A DNA stretch of 64,000 nucleotides, taken from the human T2T-CHM13v2.0 reference genome, Homo sapiens. The stretch lies in the NCBI RefSeq assembly GCF_009914755.1, contig NC_060925.1, one strand, 5' to 3'. The translations under genes were made by a program, and so were the position numbers. Shown here one piece after another: positions 45,886-60,996 of the stretch; position 1 is the first letter of the stretch; each line of letters begins with the position of its first letter. The notes under the pieces are model-generated. The model ran no database searches and was not told the origin of the DNA. It saw only the letters and a program-made list of their open reading frames with translations.

Positions 45886-47384
45886 TTGGCCTGGGGTATA
45901 GAGACCTCTAAGTAAGCACAGAATTAACACTGACAAAGTTTGCAAAGTGAATGTCCCTTTTTTGTATGTGTGTTGTCATGTTAGATGATCCTTGATTAGA
46001 TTCTTCTGTTTTGTTTTTTATCTATGGTAATACATTTAACCAGAATGACTCAGGTAGGGTAACTGCAACACCCTCGGTCTTATACTGATGTGTTGTTTTT
46101 GCAATTTTTACCCTAGGAAGGCAGTATAATTTTCCTGTTTTTCAATGATTTTGCATAATTTGAAAGTATTTGAAAAATATTTTCAATTATTTTGCATATT
46201 TCAAGGTAGTTTCCATTAATGATGGTACATACATCCTATAGGTCTAATCATTTGATTAAATTATAGCCTCCTAATTGGTAAAATCATTGTCTTATTTAGC
46301 TTCGCACTTCCAAAGGTAGCACACATTCTACAAAGTAGATGATGTGCCATTAGTGTTTTTAAATCAAAGTTAAAATTGGAAAAAATAATTAACATTAAAG
46401 TGAGCAAAAAATATAATCAGTTGATGAATTCTTTGACAAGGCTAAAAGATAATTGATATTATACAAGTTATTGAGAAATATATTTTTAAAATTTATTTAT
46501 TTTTGTTGAAGGACCACTTAGATAAAATGATCATTCTTCAATAGTACTGTCAGAATGACTGTGTACAAACTAATATTTTAGTCCCCACAAGCAAAAATTA
46601 AATTTTGCAAGGTAAAAAAGACTTGGGGTTAATAAATAAATTTAATACTAATTAATCTAAAAACTATCATATTGAATTTTTCTCATCTCTTCTAGAAGGC
46701 ATTCAGCCAGACTCCTTCATGGGAAAGGGAATGGGCAGCAGTCATTTCAGGTGGCAAATGGCTAGCACCTAGTAACTATTTTGGGAATTACTTTAGACAA
46801 GAAAAATACAGTAACTATACAACTAGGTTAAAACTAAACCCCTTGAAAGGGGTCAAAATAACTAGATAAGCATTACACAAAGTCTCCTGAAATGATAATT
46901 TAATGCTATAATTTCCAACTGATTCTCTATGCTTTACTCTGGTATAATCTCACACAGAGTTCTTCCAAGAATCTACTGAAAACAACGTTTTGATAGTATT
47001 TCATTAATTAATTCATAAGCGCCTTCCCCTTCCCCCGAAAAGAACAAAGTCATTCATTTGAATCCTTACTTCAGTAGTTTTCAATAGAGGAAGCTACATG
47101 GAGGATACATGGGAATTTTCTGTGCTACTATACAACTTCTTGCAAGTCTAAAATTATTTTCAAATAAAAGTTAAAAAAATGGAATTAATCCTAAATTGCT
47201 ACAAAGTTATCAAGAGCTCAAATTTTAATTTACCTAACATGAAAGGGAAACAACTGTTACATAAGTAAATAAATAAATACCTGTTTGGAGTTGTAATGTA
47301 TTCTGCATATTTTTCTTCTTCTAGGTTAGCAAAATGCATGTTTTCAATAGGTTCTTTTGTTTTGTTAAAGTGTAGAAGAGCTTG

Positions 47385-47387
<3 letters not shown>

Positions 47388-47426
<39 letters not shown>

Positions 47427-47443
47427 TATGATGATGATGATGT
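47388..47443. repeat. (GT)n followed by (GAT)n
   Basis: Seen directly. Confidence 0.95.
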
Positions 47444-48284
47444 TTTAATTACAATTACCCAAATATAATCTTACGTTTTAATTGTCACATACTAAAAGTC
47501 AAGTTCTTATTTTTTCCATTAATGTCCTCCTTTTTAAAAAACAAAATTTGCTTATGAATGTATAATAAATTTTCATTATATGTACATTTTAAAACAAAAT
47601 TATTTGTGATGAAACTCAAATCTTTCCACAACTTATCCAAAGATTTTAAAAATGCATTTCTATAGCAACATTATAAATGGTAACTAATGAGAGGCATCAA
47701 ATTTGTTTAATATATTAAAATTGCTATTTTATAAATATTCATGTACAGACCAAGAACTGGGTAATATGACTACCTTAATCGAATATTCTGCACTAAAACA
47801 CTGTAATAACTGTTTAAACAACAGTTTAGTAATAATTTGATTCGTCATAGTATTTCTTTCTCTGGACGGAAAGTAGTCCCCAAGTCTTATTTTATTTTTC
47901 ATAGTCACAGATGAAATACACAGCTGCTGAAAAGCAAATGTCAGTGACATTCACTAACTGAGATATTTCATGCACAAAAGAGGCTTATGAAATTCCCTCA
48001 GTATAATTTTACCAACAGTTGGTGATCCAATCCTCAGGAAAAGTGAATACTTTAGTGAGCATTGATGGCTTTCAATCACCATATTTCGTTCCTCTAAAAC
48101 TTTCACTAGGTCATTTACCTTGAGAAAGATATTTTTGTCGTATTGTTTTATTTTGACAGTCACCTGGGTTTCCTTGAATCTGATAAACTGTGAGAAAGAC
48201 TCTCTCCACTCTTAAATCGCTCCGTGTGTGATGTAATATAGTTACTTTTGTTCAGAAATTCCTAAATTGCTAATATATATGTAT

Positions 48285-48286
<2 letters not shown>

Positions 48287-48316
<30 letters not shown>
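48287..48316. repeat. (GT)n microsatellite
   Basis: Seen directly. Confidence 0.95.
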
Positions 48317-48320
<4 letters not shown>

Positions 48321-48690
48321 CAAGCGCAGATCACCTGAAATACATTTAACTAAATTGATGTAAACATCAATAATATAATTTTGTTCACTTTAAAATCATT
48401 ATTTATTGGAAAAATTTAGTATATAATTGTTTTTAATTCAATATACCTCTTAACCTGAACGTTATTGTTGGTCACCTCTAGACTGCACCTACAAGAAATG
48501 CTCAAATTAGTTCTAAACATGAGAACAAACATATGAAACTTACCACCAGGAAACATTAGTGCAAAGCTTGCAGATCCTATAATTACACAATTGAAACCCC
48601 AAGGCAACTAGCTAACAACACTATGACACTAGCAAAACCTCACATATCAATATTTAATCTTTATTGTAAATGACCTAAATGCCCCACTTA

Positions 48691-49186
48691 TACTTACACA
48701 TGCATGTTTATAGCAACACCATTTGCAATTTCAAAAATATGGAACCATCCCAAATGCTCACCAATCAAAGAGTGGATAAATAAAACTTTTTATATAAATA
48801 TATACACACACACACACCATGGAATACTACTCAGCCATAAAAAGGAACAAAATAATGGCATTCAAAGCAACCTGGATGGAATTGGAGATGAGTATTCTAA
48901 GTGAAGTAACTCAGGATTGGAAAACCAAACATTCCATGTTCTCACTCACAAGTGGGAGCAAAGCTTATGCCTTTATGAGGACACAAAGGCATAAGAATTA
49001 TACAGTGGACTTTGGGAACTCAGGGGAAAGGGTTGAAGGGGGGATGAGGGATAAAAGACTACACATTGAGTAGAGTGTACACTGCTTGGGTGATAGGTAC
49101 ATCAAAACCTCAGAAATAACCGCTAAATAAATTCAAGTAACCAAACACCACTTGTTCCCCAAAAACCTATTGAAATAATAATTTTA
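48691..49186 (+). mobile_element. Nested 3' fragment of a younger L1PB (L1PB1-like)
   Basis: MEYYSAIKRNKIMAF and gggataaaagactacac...ccccaaaaacctattgaaata; host L1 reads gccccactta | aaagatacag across it. Confidence 0.88.
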
Positions 49187-49505
49187 TAAAGATACAGAGT
49201 GGCAAATTGGATGAAAACTCAAGGCTGAAACTATCTGCTGCCAACAAGAGACCTACCTACTGGCCAAAAACAGCTGCAGAATGAAAGTAAAGGAGTGGGA
49301 AAAGATACATCATGCAAATTACAAAAAAAAAAAAATGAGTAGGAGTAGATATCCTCATAGCAGATGAAACTGACGTCAAAAGAAAAACAGTGAAAAAAAA
49401 GGCAAAGGACATTATATAAGAATATGGTTCAATAAAACATATATAACTATCTTAAATACATAGGCATCCAAAACTCGAGCACTCAGTTTTATAAAACAAA
49501 TTCTA

Positions 49506-49678
49506 TTTTATTTTATTTTTGTTTGTTTGTTTGTTTTTGTTGAGATGGAGTCTCTCTCTGTCACCCAGGCTGGGGTGCAATAGCATGATCTCAGCTCACT
49601 GCAACCTCCGCCTCCCAGGGTCCAGCAATTCTCCTGCCTCAGCCTCCTAAGTAGCTGGGATTACAGGTGCACACCCTG
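49506..49678 (-). mobile_element. 5'-truncated Alu (right monomer only)
   Basis: 14-bp TSD taaaacaaattcta at 49492-49505 and 49679-49692. Confidence 0.93.
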
Positions 49679-51764
49679 TAAAACAAATTCTACTAGATCT
49701 ATGAAAATATTTATACTGATACAATAATAGTGAGAGACTTCAACACCTCCACTGACATCACTAGACAGATCATCAAGGCAGAAAATCAATATAGAAACTT
49801 TGGACTTAAACTGAACTGTAGACCAAATGGATCTAATAGAATATACATTAATAGACCATTTAATCCAACAACTACAGATTATACATTCTTCCCTTTTCTG
49901 AATGGAACATTCTTCATATGTTTGGCCATAAAGCAAGTCTCAATAAATTAAAAAAAAAATTAAAATTATACCAACTATCCTCTTGAACCACAGTGAAATA
50001 AAATTAGAAATTAATACCAATAGGAAAGAAAAAAACTACCCAAATACATGGAAACTAAAAAAATTATTCAATAATGACCTTGTGCAAGCAATGAAATTAA
50101 GGTGGAAATAAAAACAATTTACAAGACAAATGAAAACAGAGACACAATATATACAACCCTCTGGATTACAGCAAAAGCAAGTTCTAAGAGAAAAAAATTA
50201 TAGAATTAAATGCCTATATTAAAAAAGATAGGAATATCTTAAGTGAACAACCTAATGTCATATCTGAAGGAACTAGAATATCAAGAATAATCCAAACCCT
50301 AAGCTAGCTGAAGAAAATAACAAAGAGGGGAGGAGAGCTAAATGAGAGTGAGATGACAAAATGCATGCGAAGCATCGATGAAACAAAAAGTTGGTTCCTA
50401 GAAAGGATAAACAAAATTGACAGACTTCTAGTTAGATTAAATAAGAAAAAAAGAGAGAAGATTCAAATACATATAATCAGAAATGACAAAGGTGACATTA
50501 CAACGGATACCACAGAAATACAAAAGATCATCAGCATCTACTATGAACCTCTATGCACACAAGCTAAAATTCTAGAGGAAATTAATAAATTCCTGAAAAC
50601 ATACACCTTCCTAAAACTGAACCAGGAAGAAATAGGAATCTCAAACAGACCAATAAAGAGTAATGAAATTGAATCAGTAGCCAAAAAGAAAAAGGACATC
50701 TAGGACCAGTGATATTCACAGCTCAATTTTACTGGACATACAAGAAAGAGCCGGTACCAATCTTACTGAAATAATTTTTAAAAATCAAGGAGGAGGGATC
50801 CTTCTTTAGTTTAGACTACAAAACCATTATCATAGAATGGTATCATGCTAATATCAAAGTCAAGCAATGAAAAAACAATAAAAGAAAACTACAGGTCAAT
50901 ATTTTTGATGAACATAGATGAAAAATCCTCAACAAAATACTGGCAAAATGAATCCAATAGCGTATCACAATGATATTACATCATGATCGAGTGACATTTA
51001 TTCCAGGAATGCAAGGATATTTCAACATACACAAATCAATAAATATGATTCAGCACATAAACAGAACTAAAACTGAACACCATATGGTCATCTCAGTAGA
51101 TGTAGAAAAGGCATTCAATAAAATCCAACATTGCATTGTGATAAAAATCCTCAACAAATAGGCAGGAACATACTTTAAAATAATAAAAGACATATATGAA
51201 AAAGTCACAACCCACATCGTGAAGAGTGGGGGAAAGTTGAAAACACTCTCAGCACTCCTATTCAACATAGTACAGTAAGTCTGAGCCAGAGCAATCAGGC
51301 AAGGGAAAGAAATACAAGACATCCAAATTGGAAGAGGGAGTCAAATTATCTGTATACTAATGATATAATCATATACCTATAAAACCCCAAAAACTCCTCC
51401 AATAGACACCTAGACTTGATAAACAACTTCAGTAAAGCTTTAGGGTACAAAATCAACATACAAAATCAGTAGCACTTCTATACATCAGTATCATTCAAGA
51501 CAAGAGCTAATATTCAAGACCTCAATCCCATTTACAGTGGCTACCAAAAATTAAAATACCTAGAAATACATTTAGCCAAAGAGGTGAAATATCTCTGCAA
51601 GTAGAACCACAAAACACTGATGAAAGGAATCATAGATGACACAAACAGAAAAGCATCCCATATTCATAGAGTGGAAGAATTAACATCATTGAAATGACCA
51701 TATTGCTTAAAGCAATCTACAGATTCAACACAACCCCTATCAAATTCACAGTCATTTTTAAACA

Positions 51765-52074
51765 TGCATTTATTTATTGTTTGTTTTTTGAGATAGGGTC
51801 TGGCTCTGTCACCCATGCTGGAGTGCACTGGTGCCATCACTGTTCACTGAGATCTAGATCTCCTGGGCTCAAGCGATTGTCCCACATTAGCCTCGTCAGT
51901 AGCTAGGACTATAAGCATGTGCCACCATGCCTGGCTAATTTTTAAAATTTTTACTAGAAACAAGGCCTTGCTATATTGCCCAGTCTGGTCTAGAACTCCT
52001 GGGCTTAAGAAATCTTCCCACCTTAACCTCCCAAAATGCTAGGAATATAGGTGTGAGCCACCACACTCAAGCCT
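51765..52074 (-). mobile_element. AluJ-family element
   Basis: agggtct, ctcctgggctcaagcgat, ttgcccag and ctcctgggcttaag are AluJ-type variants. Confidence 0.9.
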
Positions 52075-52237
52075 ATTTTTTACAGATTAAGAAAAAACAA
52101 TCGTAAAGTTCACATGGAACCAAAAAATAATCTGAAGAGGCAAAGCAATTCTAACCAAAAAGAACAAACCTGGAAACATCACATTGCCTGACTTCAAATT
52201 ATACCAGAAGCCTAAAGTAATGAAAACAGCACGGTAT

Positions 52238-52818
52238 TGAAGTGGCTACGTTGTCTTGGGTAAATACCCAGGGTTTGTTTTCTCGTGTCAAGAAAATTTA
52301 GGACGAGGAGTTTAGGAATGGAGGTTTAATAGGCAAAAGAAAGAGAAAGAAAGAGAAGGGAAAACAGCTTTCTTTGTCTAGTGAGAAAGAGCGGACTTCC
52401 TAGAGGAAAAGGCCAGCTGTCAGTGGATGTGCTGGATTTTGTAGTCCTGCTTGAGGAGGTGGTGTCTGATTTACATAAGGCTCACAGATTGTTTCAATCA
52501 AGTATGACGTTTACATGGTGCACAGGGAAGGCTGGTTGTCCTACCCTAATCATATTATGCAAATAAACTTCCTCCTTGGAGGGTGCAATCTTGTCTGCTC
52601 CTTACCGGACATGTGGCTGACAAAGAGAAAGGAAGATGGAGCCGCCATGTTGAACATGATTGGCACAACTGCTGGCGTCTGTGTCTGCAGCTCAATTTTA
52701 CAGGCTGTTCTTTGTTAGAAAATGATTTACAGCTGTTTTTCATTAAAAGGAAACCCTTACAGAGGACTTCCGTACCCTCATTATCTGCCTAAGTAATTTC
52801 TTCTTAACTCCTGTATCA
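52238..52818 (-). mobile_element. ERV1-class solo LTR (MER50/LTR9-like)
   Basis: Minus strand starts tgatacaggagttaagaagaaattacttaggcagata and ends gccacttca; interrupts L1 ORF2 at acagcacggta | tgtacaaaaacag. Confidence 0.85.
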
Positions 52819-53814
52819 TTGTTTGTACAAAAACAGAAACACAGAGCAATGGAATAGAGAACCCAGAAATGAAGCCAAATACCTAAAACCAACTGATTTG
52901 TGACAAAGTTGATAAAAATAAACATTGGAGCAAAAACATCCTATTCAATAAATGGTACTGAGATAACTAGCTTGCCATATGCATAAGACTGAAACTAGAC
53001 CTTTATCTGTGATCATACACAAAAATTAACTCAAGATGGGTTAAAAACTTAAATATAATATTTAAAACTATAAAAATCCAGAAATAATAAAACAAGAAAA
53101 ACTCTTCATTGTGTTGGCCTAGGCAAATAATTTATGATAAAGACCTCGAAAGCAAATGCAACAAAAACAAAAATAGACAAATGGGACCTAATTAAACTAC
53201 AGAGTTTCTGTAAAGCAAAAGAAATAATCAAGAGTAAACATACAACCTACAGAATGGGAGGAAATATTTGCAAATTATGCCCACAACAAAGGACTAATAT
53301 CCAGAATCTACAAGGAACTCAACTCAATAAGAAAAAAAAAAAAATCTACCAAGTGAAAAACTGGGCAAAAGACAGACATTTCTCAAAAGAAGAAATAGAA
53401 GTAAACAACAAACACATGAAAAAATGTTCAACATCACTAATCATCATAGAAATGCAAATTAAAACCACACTGAGATGTAATTTTATACCAGTCAGAATGA
53501 TTCTTATTAAAAAGTGAAAAAAACAACAGATGTTGGCATGCATGTGACGAAAAAGGAATGCTTATACACTGATGTTGAGAATGTAAATTAGTTCAACCTC
53601 CATGGCAAACAGTATGGAGATTTCTCAAAAAAACTAAAAATGGAACTAACATTTGGCTCAGTATCCCACTACTGGGTATTTCCCCAAAGTATTACAAATC
53701 ATTATTAAAAAAAGACACCTGCATGTGTGTGGTTATCACTGCACTAATTCACAATAGCAAAGACATGGAAACAACCCAGTTCCCCACCAATGGTAGACTA
53801 GATAAAGAAAATGT

Positions 53815-53815
<1 letters not shown>

Positions 53816-53862
<47 letters not shown>
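53816..53862. repeat. (TA)n expansion inside the L1 3' region
   Basis: Lies between gaaaatgtgg and caccatgg. Confidence 0.95.
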
Positions 53863-53865
<3 letters not shown>

Positions 53866-55529
53866 CATGGAATATTATGCAGCCATAAAAAAGAATGAAA
53901 TCCTGTCTTTTACAGCAACATGAGTGGAGCTGGAAGCCATTGTCCTAAGTGAACTAACTTAGAAACAGAAAATCAAATATCACATGTCACTTACAAGTGG
54001 GAGCTAAACAATGGGTACACATGGACATAAAGAGAAAAATAATAGACACTCTAGGACTGCAAAATGGGGGAGCATGGGAAGGGGCAAGTATTCAAGTATT
54101 GAAATAATACCTATAGAGTACAATGTTCACTATTTGGGTAATGGGAACACTAGAAACCCAATCCCCACCATTGCACGTGAAATGAAACAAGCCTACCCAT
54201 GTACTCTCTGAATCTAAAATAAAATAATTTAAAAAAATTCCAAATTCAAGCATTCTCCTGTGGAATTTGTAATTTCTGTCATTCTTATTTTCATCTTTAT
54301 TTCTTCAAAAGATGTTCAACATATTTTCCTTTTATATTAATTTAATTTCCCCAACTCTGTGACTTAGATTCATTTCTCGTTGCTTTGTTCCACTAATAAC
54401 ACATTTCCTGATTTGCATCATACTATGGAAATATTCTAAATTTATATGCTTTCAGTTGTTTCTATTGGATTTGGTAAAAGAAAATAAGGAAACGTATTCA
54501 TTTACTAATCATGTGCTAGATTTCTGTTCTTCATTTGAAAGACATTTTAATGGAAAAGAAAGTATTATAATTATACATAAAATTATGTATGTTTAACTAT
54601 GATTATGCAAGTTAGTCTGACAGGTGCCAAAGAAATTATGTCATCTTTAAAGGTACCAAGAATTAGGAGCATAATTGTTAAAATTAATTTCATATCTGTT
54701 ATTAGCAGCAGCATGACACTAAAGCAAAAGAGCGATATCTAAAGGGTCACTAGGGTGAATAATTTTGTGTCAGAGTAATGCTCTCATACCGTATTGTAGA
54801 AATTACCCCATGTCTTGTTTTTCCAGTTCCACTGAAGCAAACCCATGAGTTAAATATGAAAAGTAATATTCTCACTCACTGATAGTCTTTATGTACTTGA
54901 TTTTTGTCCTGCTTGTATTTGTGTTCTTGTTTGTTGGTTTTTTGTTAAATTGACCTAAAAGGAAGTTAAAAAGAATTTTCTTAGTGTTTGTGATTTAGTA
55001 TTCAAATATGGTATTAATTGGCCATTATGTTACCAAGCTGAAGACAAGGCTCCTAGAGAACTCTGCTTTCCAGTAATCAAGGGATGAACATATACTGGCA
55101 GAAGTAGCATCTCACACAGTGAAGGCTATTTTTACGGACACTAGGTGCCAAGATCTTTCCTGAAACATGATCAGACCTGATATTTTAAAAACTTCTGTAA
55201 CCATCCTCATGGAGTCACATTTTAAATGGAGGAGAGAATTCATTTCTCTGCTGTGAATTCAGTTGTTGAAGACCATGAACCACAACGTGAGCTGTCTTTT
55301 TCAGACACTCATAAGGCCCATAGAACTAATGTACAATGCTAATGAGACTGAAAATTTATTTCAAAGTACACTATGTTGTTCTTCTTGCTCTCCTTGTTTA
55401 GTTCAGTCTTTAATTGGATTTCATTTAATCTAGGAGAAAATAAGTGGAGGATCATTCTGATATATGAAGCATATTTGCCACAATAGGACATTCTATGAAT
55501 CTTTCATTTCAGAAATTATGCTTACTGAG

Positions 55530-56500
55530 AACAAAACAACAAATCAATGCCCACTTTCTCACTGTTCCTGGACACAGCCGTTACATTGCTGTATTCAGTT
55601 GCTTTCTCAACTCATTTGACATGATTTATCAGTAGTTTTTGAGATAGTTGAAGTTTTCTTCACCCTTAACATATTTTTCCCATTTGACTTGTTGGAGAAA
55701 ACTTTCTTTTCCCTTACTGGTTGCTCCCTCTCTCCTTTCCTTATTCTGGTCTTCCCCTAAACTTCTAAACTTGGAGGCCCCAGAGCTCTCAATCCTTGGG
55801 TCTCTTCTATCTATGGTCATCTAGCCTTGTGGTTGAAAATAGCATGTAGATACTCAGCACTCACAAATTTGTATCTCCAACACCAGCCTCTTTCCTGTAA
55901 TTAATAGTGTATATCCAAATTTCTATCGTATATTTCTTCTTGTATATTTTAAAGCATCACAAACTCAACTGATCTGATTTTTTCTGAAACTTACTATTTC
56001 CACATTACTCCTCATTACCTGGACTCCATTTCTTAATTTGTTCAGGCCAAACATTTTGAATCCATCCTTGACTAATCATTGCCCACTTCCTCATTGTTCT
56101 TGGACATAGTCATTACATCACTGATTAGGATTCTTTGAATTCAAGATGGTTTTCCCTCAATTCCTAACCAGTTGGGTGAAATAAGAGTAAACACATGGGT
56201 CACTTGTATTGCCTTGAAGTTGCTGCTCAAATGTCACCTTTTAAACAATAGCTACCTAAACCATCCAAATTTCCATTTCTATCTCAAGTACTTGTTACCT
56301 ACTAAAAATATCAATACTTTATTTGTTTTAATTTTCCCACTACTTTTACTTTCTAAGCTCGTATTATATAATTTTTAAGATTTATTTATTTCCCCATAAA
56401 AATTAGTTCTTCTGATAAGAAAAAAAATTCGTTGATTTATTCCAATGTCTAGAATAGTGACTGTAACATATTTGTTAAGTGATTTATGAAGGAGTAAATA
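55530..56500 (+). mobile_element. L2 fragment(s)
   Basis: caatccttgggtctcttct, caaatttgtatctcca, ttcaggccaaa...catccttgac and ctcaaatgtcacct. Confidence 0.65.
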
Positions 56501-57064
56501 AACTACACTTAACTATTCAGTGCCTACTATTATTTTTATTCTTCATAAATTTGCTCACCTGAAATAATCTGCTTAATCTCTTATTTCTTACTAAATTTTA
56601 GCCAAATTCAAAAATAAATATATATGGCAAGTGTATTTTTTGTTTTATCTTTTACTGTTAACATACTCCAGACCTTAAGTGACATTTTTTTAATTACTTA
56701 AGTGATAATGAATTTTTAAATTGATGAATTCTGACATAGAATTTTACAACTTCAATAGCCCTGTGAAATTATCATAGTGGGGTTAGGGTAGTAACAATAC
56801 TGTAGAAATCTCTCTAATCCTTTTGTCCGGTCATTACTTCCTCAAAGTAAACCTCTATTTTGACCTATGACATCATAAATTAGTTTTCTTCTTTTAGAAA
56901 TTTATATACATAAATTTTATATACTTTTTAAAATATATTGCTTCGTCCTATCTATTAAGATCATGTTAGTGATAATCATTAATATTACTGCATATAATTA
57001 TTGTTCTTTTGATTGACCCAGGGTAATTGATTATAAATTTTGTACATTTTGTTCAAAATAATTC

Positions 57065-57585
57065 AAGCTTTATAGTGTATTTTGAAGTCAAGTAGGATGA
57101 TGTCGCCAGCGTTGTTCTTTTTATTCAGGATCATTTGGCTATTCATGCTCTTTTTGTGGTTCTATATAAATTTTAAGGTTTTTTTCTATTTCTGTGAAGA
57201 ATGTCATTCGTATTTTGATAGAAATTGCATTCAATCTGTACATTGTTTTGGGTAGTATGGACATTTAAATAATATTGATTCTTCCAATTCATTAATATGA
57301 AATATATTTCCATTTTTTTGTGTGTGTCCTGTTCAATTTCTTTTTTCTTCTTATAGTTTTCATTGTGGAGCTATTTCACTTCTTTGTTTAATTTTAGTCC
57401 CAGTTACTTTATATTCCTTGTAACTATCATAATTGGGATAGTTTTCTTGTTGTTGTTGTTTTTCTTCCCCAATTGTTCGCTGTTGGCAAATAGAAATGTT
57501 ACTTATTTCTGTATGTTGATTTTGTGTCATTTTAAAGATTTCAACTTTACTGAATTAATCAGTTCTAATAGGTTTTTTGGTAGAG
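57065..57585 (-). mobile_element. L1MA-type ORF2 fragment
   Basis: tttgaagtcaagtagg...gttgttctttt...ttctgtgaagaatgtcatt...ttgattcttccaat. Confidence 0.85.
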
Positions 57586-58565
57586 TCCATTTTAAAATAT
57601 ATTTTATATATAATATATTGCAAATAACATACATATTGGGCAATATGTAATGTAAAATATGACACAATATACAATATAGTGTATAATATATTCTATATCA
57701 TGTATAATATATTATGTGCAATATTATATGCACTATATTTAAATATTTTGTAGTTCTTATGTTTTAGAACCCTTATTTTGCTAATTATATACAGATTTAT
57801 CATGTAAATCATATTATAAGTAAATCATTTTATTGCTTCTTGCACTTTGGCTAAGCTCAAGTGCAGTATATGTAAACCAATTATGTAGATATTTTATTTA
57901 AATCATGATATACAGTATACATATATTATGTATTATAATTATTAAGGGTTAATTGTTATATATTATATACTATAACATATTAAATGCTTCTACTATTTCA
58001 ATAAAATTCATATGCATTTTCCTGCTTTTTAAATTTTTTTCTTCTTTTTATTAAATCTAGTTATTTTACTGAACTAACATCTAATGTACTCATCCTTTTT
58101 TCTACTGTGTCTAATTTGCTGTCAAAATTCATTTTTTAAATTATTTACTGAGTTTATTTTTAACATGTTTCAAATATTTTATATTGTGATGTAATTTTTT
58201 TCTTAGTTCTTAGTATAAAAATGTTGTTAAAAAACCCAAATGTGCTTGTTTATATTGTTCATTTAAAAATTTTTCATATTGTTTCTGTCAACTTTTTGAG
58301 ACTTTATACATACTTAGGACATGCTATTGTGTACATCAATTAACTATTAATATATCTTCTTTCTGAACTGACCCATTAAAAAAAGCTTTATCTCTAATAA
58401 TGCATCTTGCCCTAACATTTACTCTTCCATATTAATAAACACACACCTTTTTTATTTAGCGTTTTTGTCTTAGTCTTACGTGTTTGAATGTGTTTTTATA
58501 TATATAAAATCACGTTTTTACTTTCTGCTTTTCAATATCTTCTATTTAAAGAATGTTTCTTGTAA

Positions 58566-58835
<270 letters not shown>

Positions 58836-59299
58836 AAAAAAAAAAAAGCCATTTTTATGGAGTTCATTTACACTGAACATAATCATTTCTATATTTTCCT
58901 CTTTTTTATGTCTTTTCTGTTTTGTTTGTATTTGTCTTAATTTTTACCTCCTTTAAGATCAATTATTTTTGTTGAGATGTTTTCCTTTAACTTATTAGTG
59001 GTTATTTATATTTCTCAGGGCTTGCTTAGTGATTAAATTGGATGTCCTACTTGCAGTCAACTTTAAATATGTACTTTCATCACTAACAAGAAAATGCAAG
59101 GACCTTACACAACTTTCACTTAACCACATTCCACATTCTTTCCATTGTTTTTATAAATTTCAGTTTTGCATATATTTTAGTCTCCAGATCTCCAAAAGCT
59201 ATTGTTTTATTTAGTGATGCTTTACATTTCTTCTTATATATTGGTTTAATTACTTTAAAATTATTTACCTCAGTTTGTTTTATTATTTCTTTTAGTTCA

Positions 59300-60150
59300 G
59301 AATTGGTGTCAGAAAAATGTCTTTATATTTGTCAGAATTAAAAAGAAAAATATTTTCAGTAGCTACAGAATTCTAGAATTTTATTTCATCACTAAAAGTT
59401 ATCATTTCTTTGCTTTCATGCTTACAAGGTTTCTTTTGAGAATTCAGTAGTTACTTTTAACTGCTCCTGTGAAAGGAAAGTGTATTTTTTTTTCTGATTA
59501 CAGTTGTTAATATTTTTGTTTGTCTAATTTTCAGCAGATTGCCAGGATGTGCTCAATTTTTTTTTAATTTTTCATGATTGGATTTTATAGAAACTTTAGA
59601 ATCTGTAAATTAATACTTTTCAAAAGATTTAGAAAATTATCTACTAAAGTTACTCTTCTCCTGTAACTTAAATTATATATGTATTATGTTTTTCACTATG
59701 TTCCATAAATTTCCTCTTCTGTTTTAATCTGGGTATTTTCTACTGAGATAACTAAATTCCATTTTACTAATCCTCTCTTCTGCTGTTTCTACTCTACTAT
59801 TTATCATTTATATAATACTTAATGTATGCATATATTAACTGATATATACATATATAAATACTTTAGCATAGTTATGTTGTTTTTCAGTTCTAGATGTTCT
59901 TGCTTAGTAGATGCAAGTTTTCTTGTAAAATTCTTCTTTTTTATCCACTATCCTTAAGAAATTAATCATAGCTATTATAGTGATTATGCTTAATATCACC
60001 CTTACCAGTATCAGTTATGAGTTGGCTGTGTTACCTGGTTTTTTATTTTGATTTTTATGCTATTTGGTACTCTTTCCTAGTACTCCAGGTAATTTTTAAT
60101 GATCTGCCAGTCATTACACATGATAGATGGTACAGTCTTTGGATATCCTG
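59300..60150 (-). mobile_element. Ancient L1M remnant
   Basis: ctacagaattctag, ttttgagaattcag and atcctctcttctgctgtttcta resemble antisense L1M ORF1. Confidence 0.45.
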
Positions 60151-60996
60151 CAGAAAGTATTTAATGTTTATTTAGCTAACCCACATGCTGTAAGATACAG
60201 CTTTCTCTCAGTCCTCCATGCCTCTGCCACACCACAGCTAATGTTGTAACCAGAAAACACGTGTCTCAGTATCAGTTTTATTTCATTGAACTTGCCTTTT
60301 AGCTGGGATCTTGACACACTATATCATAGCTTATTTGGTTTATGTCCAATGTTTTAAATGGTTCGTTTTGTGTTTTATGCATTTTGCACAGTTGTGTTTA
60401 ATGCATAGAGAAGCTTAATATCCACTATCCAGCCGTATTTTTATATACAGAAGTTGAAATCACACTCAATTTAAATGTTTTTTGATGTCATTTGAATTTT
60501 ATCTTAATCATTTCTGTATTTTAAAGACATCTACTTGTCAAAGAGTTATCATACATTTATTAGCCTTAATTTATTTTATATTCTTAAACACACAGAACAC
60601 TTTTTAGAAACATGTATCTTTTTATCTTATATGTCATGTTCAGCAGTACACTACTTAACCATGTTAAAACCATGGGATTTTGAGTCAGCTTAAAGCAATG
60701 TGTTAATCTGACCATACCCTGCAGGTTATAAAATGACTATCTAATGCAGATTATATCTACTTCCCAGGTTTCTTGGAAGATGTATGATATACTGTGCATA
60801 AATCTCAGCACTTTTCTTCAGACATAATGTCTTGATAAATAGTAATTAGCATTATCACCACTTCTATGATGACAATTATCATTATCACAATACTTATCAT
60901 TATTGCAAAGAACTTTAACTCTGATGAAGTTTTTACTCTTTGCAAATACCCTGTGTAAACCTCAATTGAATCATTTTTAAAATACAAATAATGATA

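Larger units (their letters stand above)
48475..54237 (+). mobile_element. Long L1PB-type element (ORF1 end, most of ORF2, 3' UTR) carrying four nested insertions
   Basis: Endonuclease and ORF2 remnants ([50 protein letters not shown]); ends ctgaatctaaaataaaataa. Confidence 0.9.

Noticed and set aside
46837-46853. Short inverted repeat acccct-tgaa-aggggt
   Set aside because: A 6-bp stem is expected by chance; no supporting context.
57595-57990. Very AT-rich stretch
   Set aside because: Low-complexity degenerate TA sequence without periodic structure.
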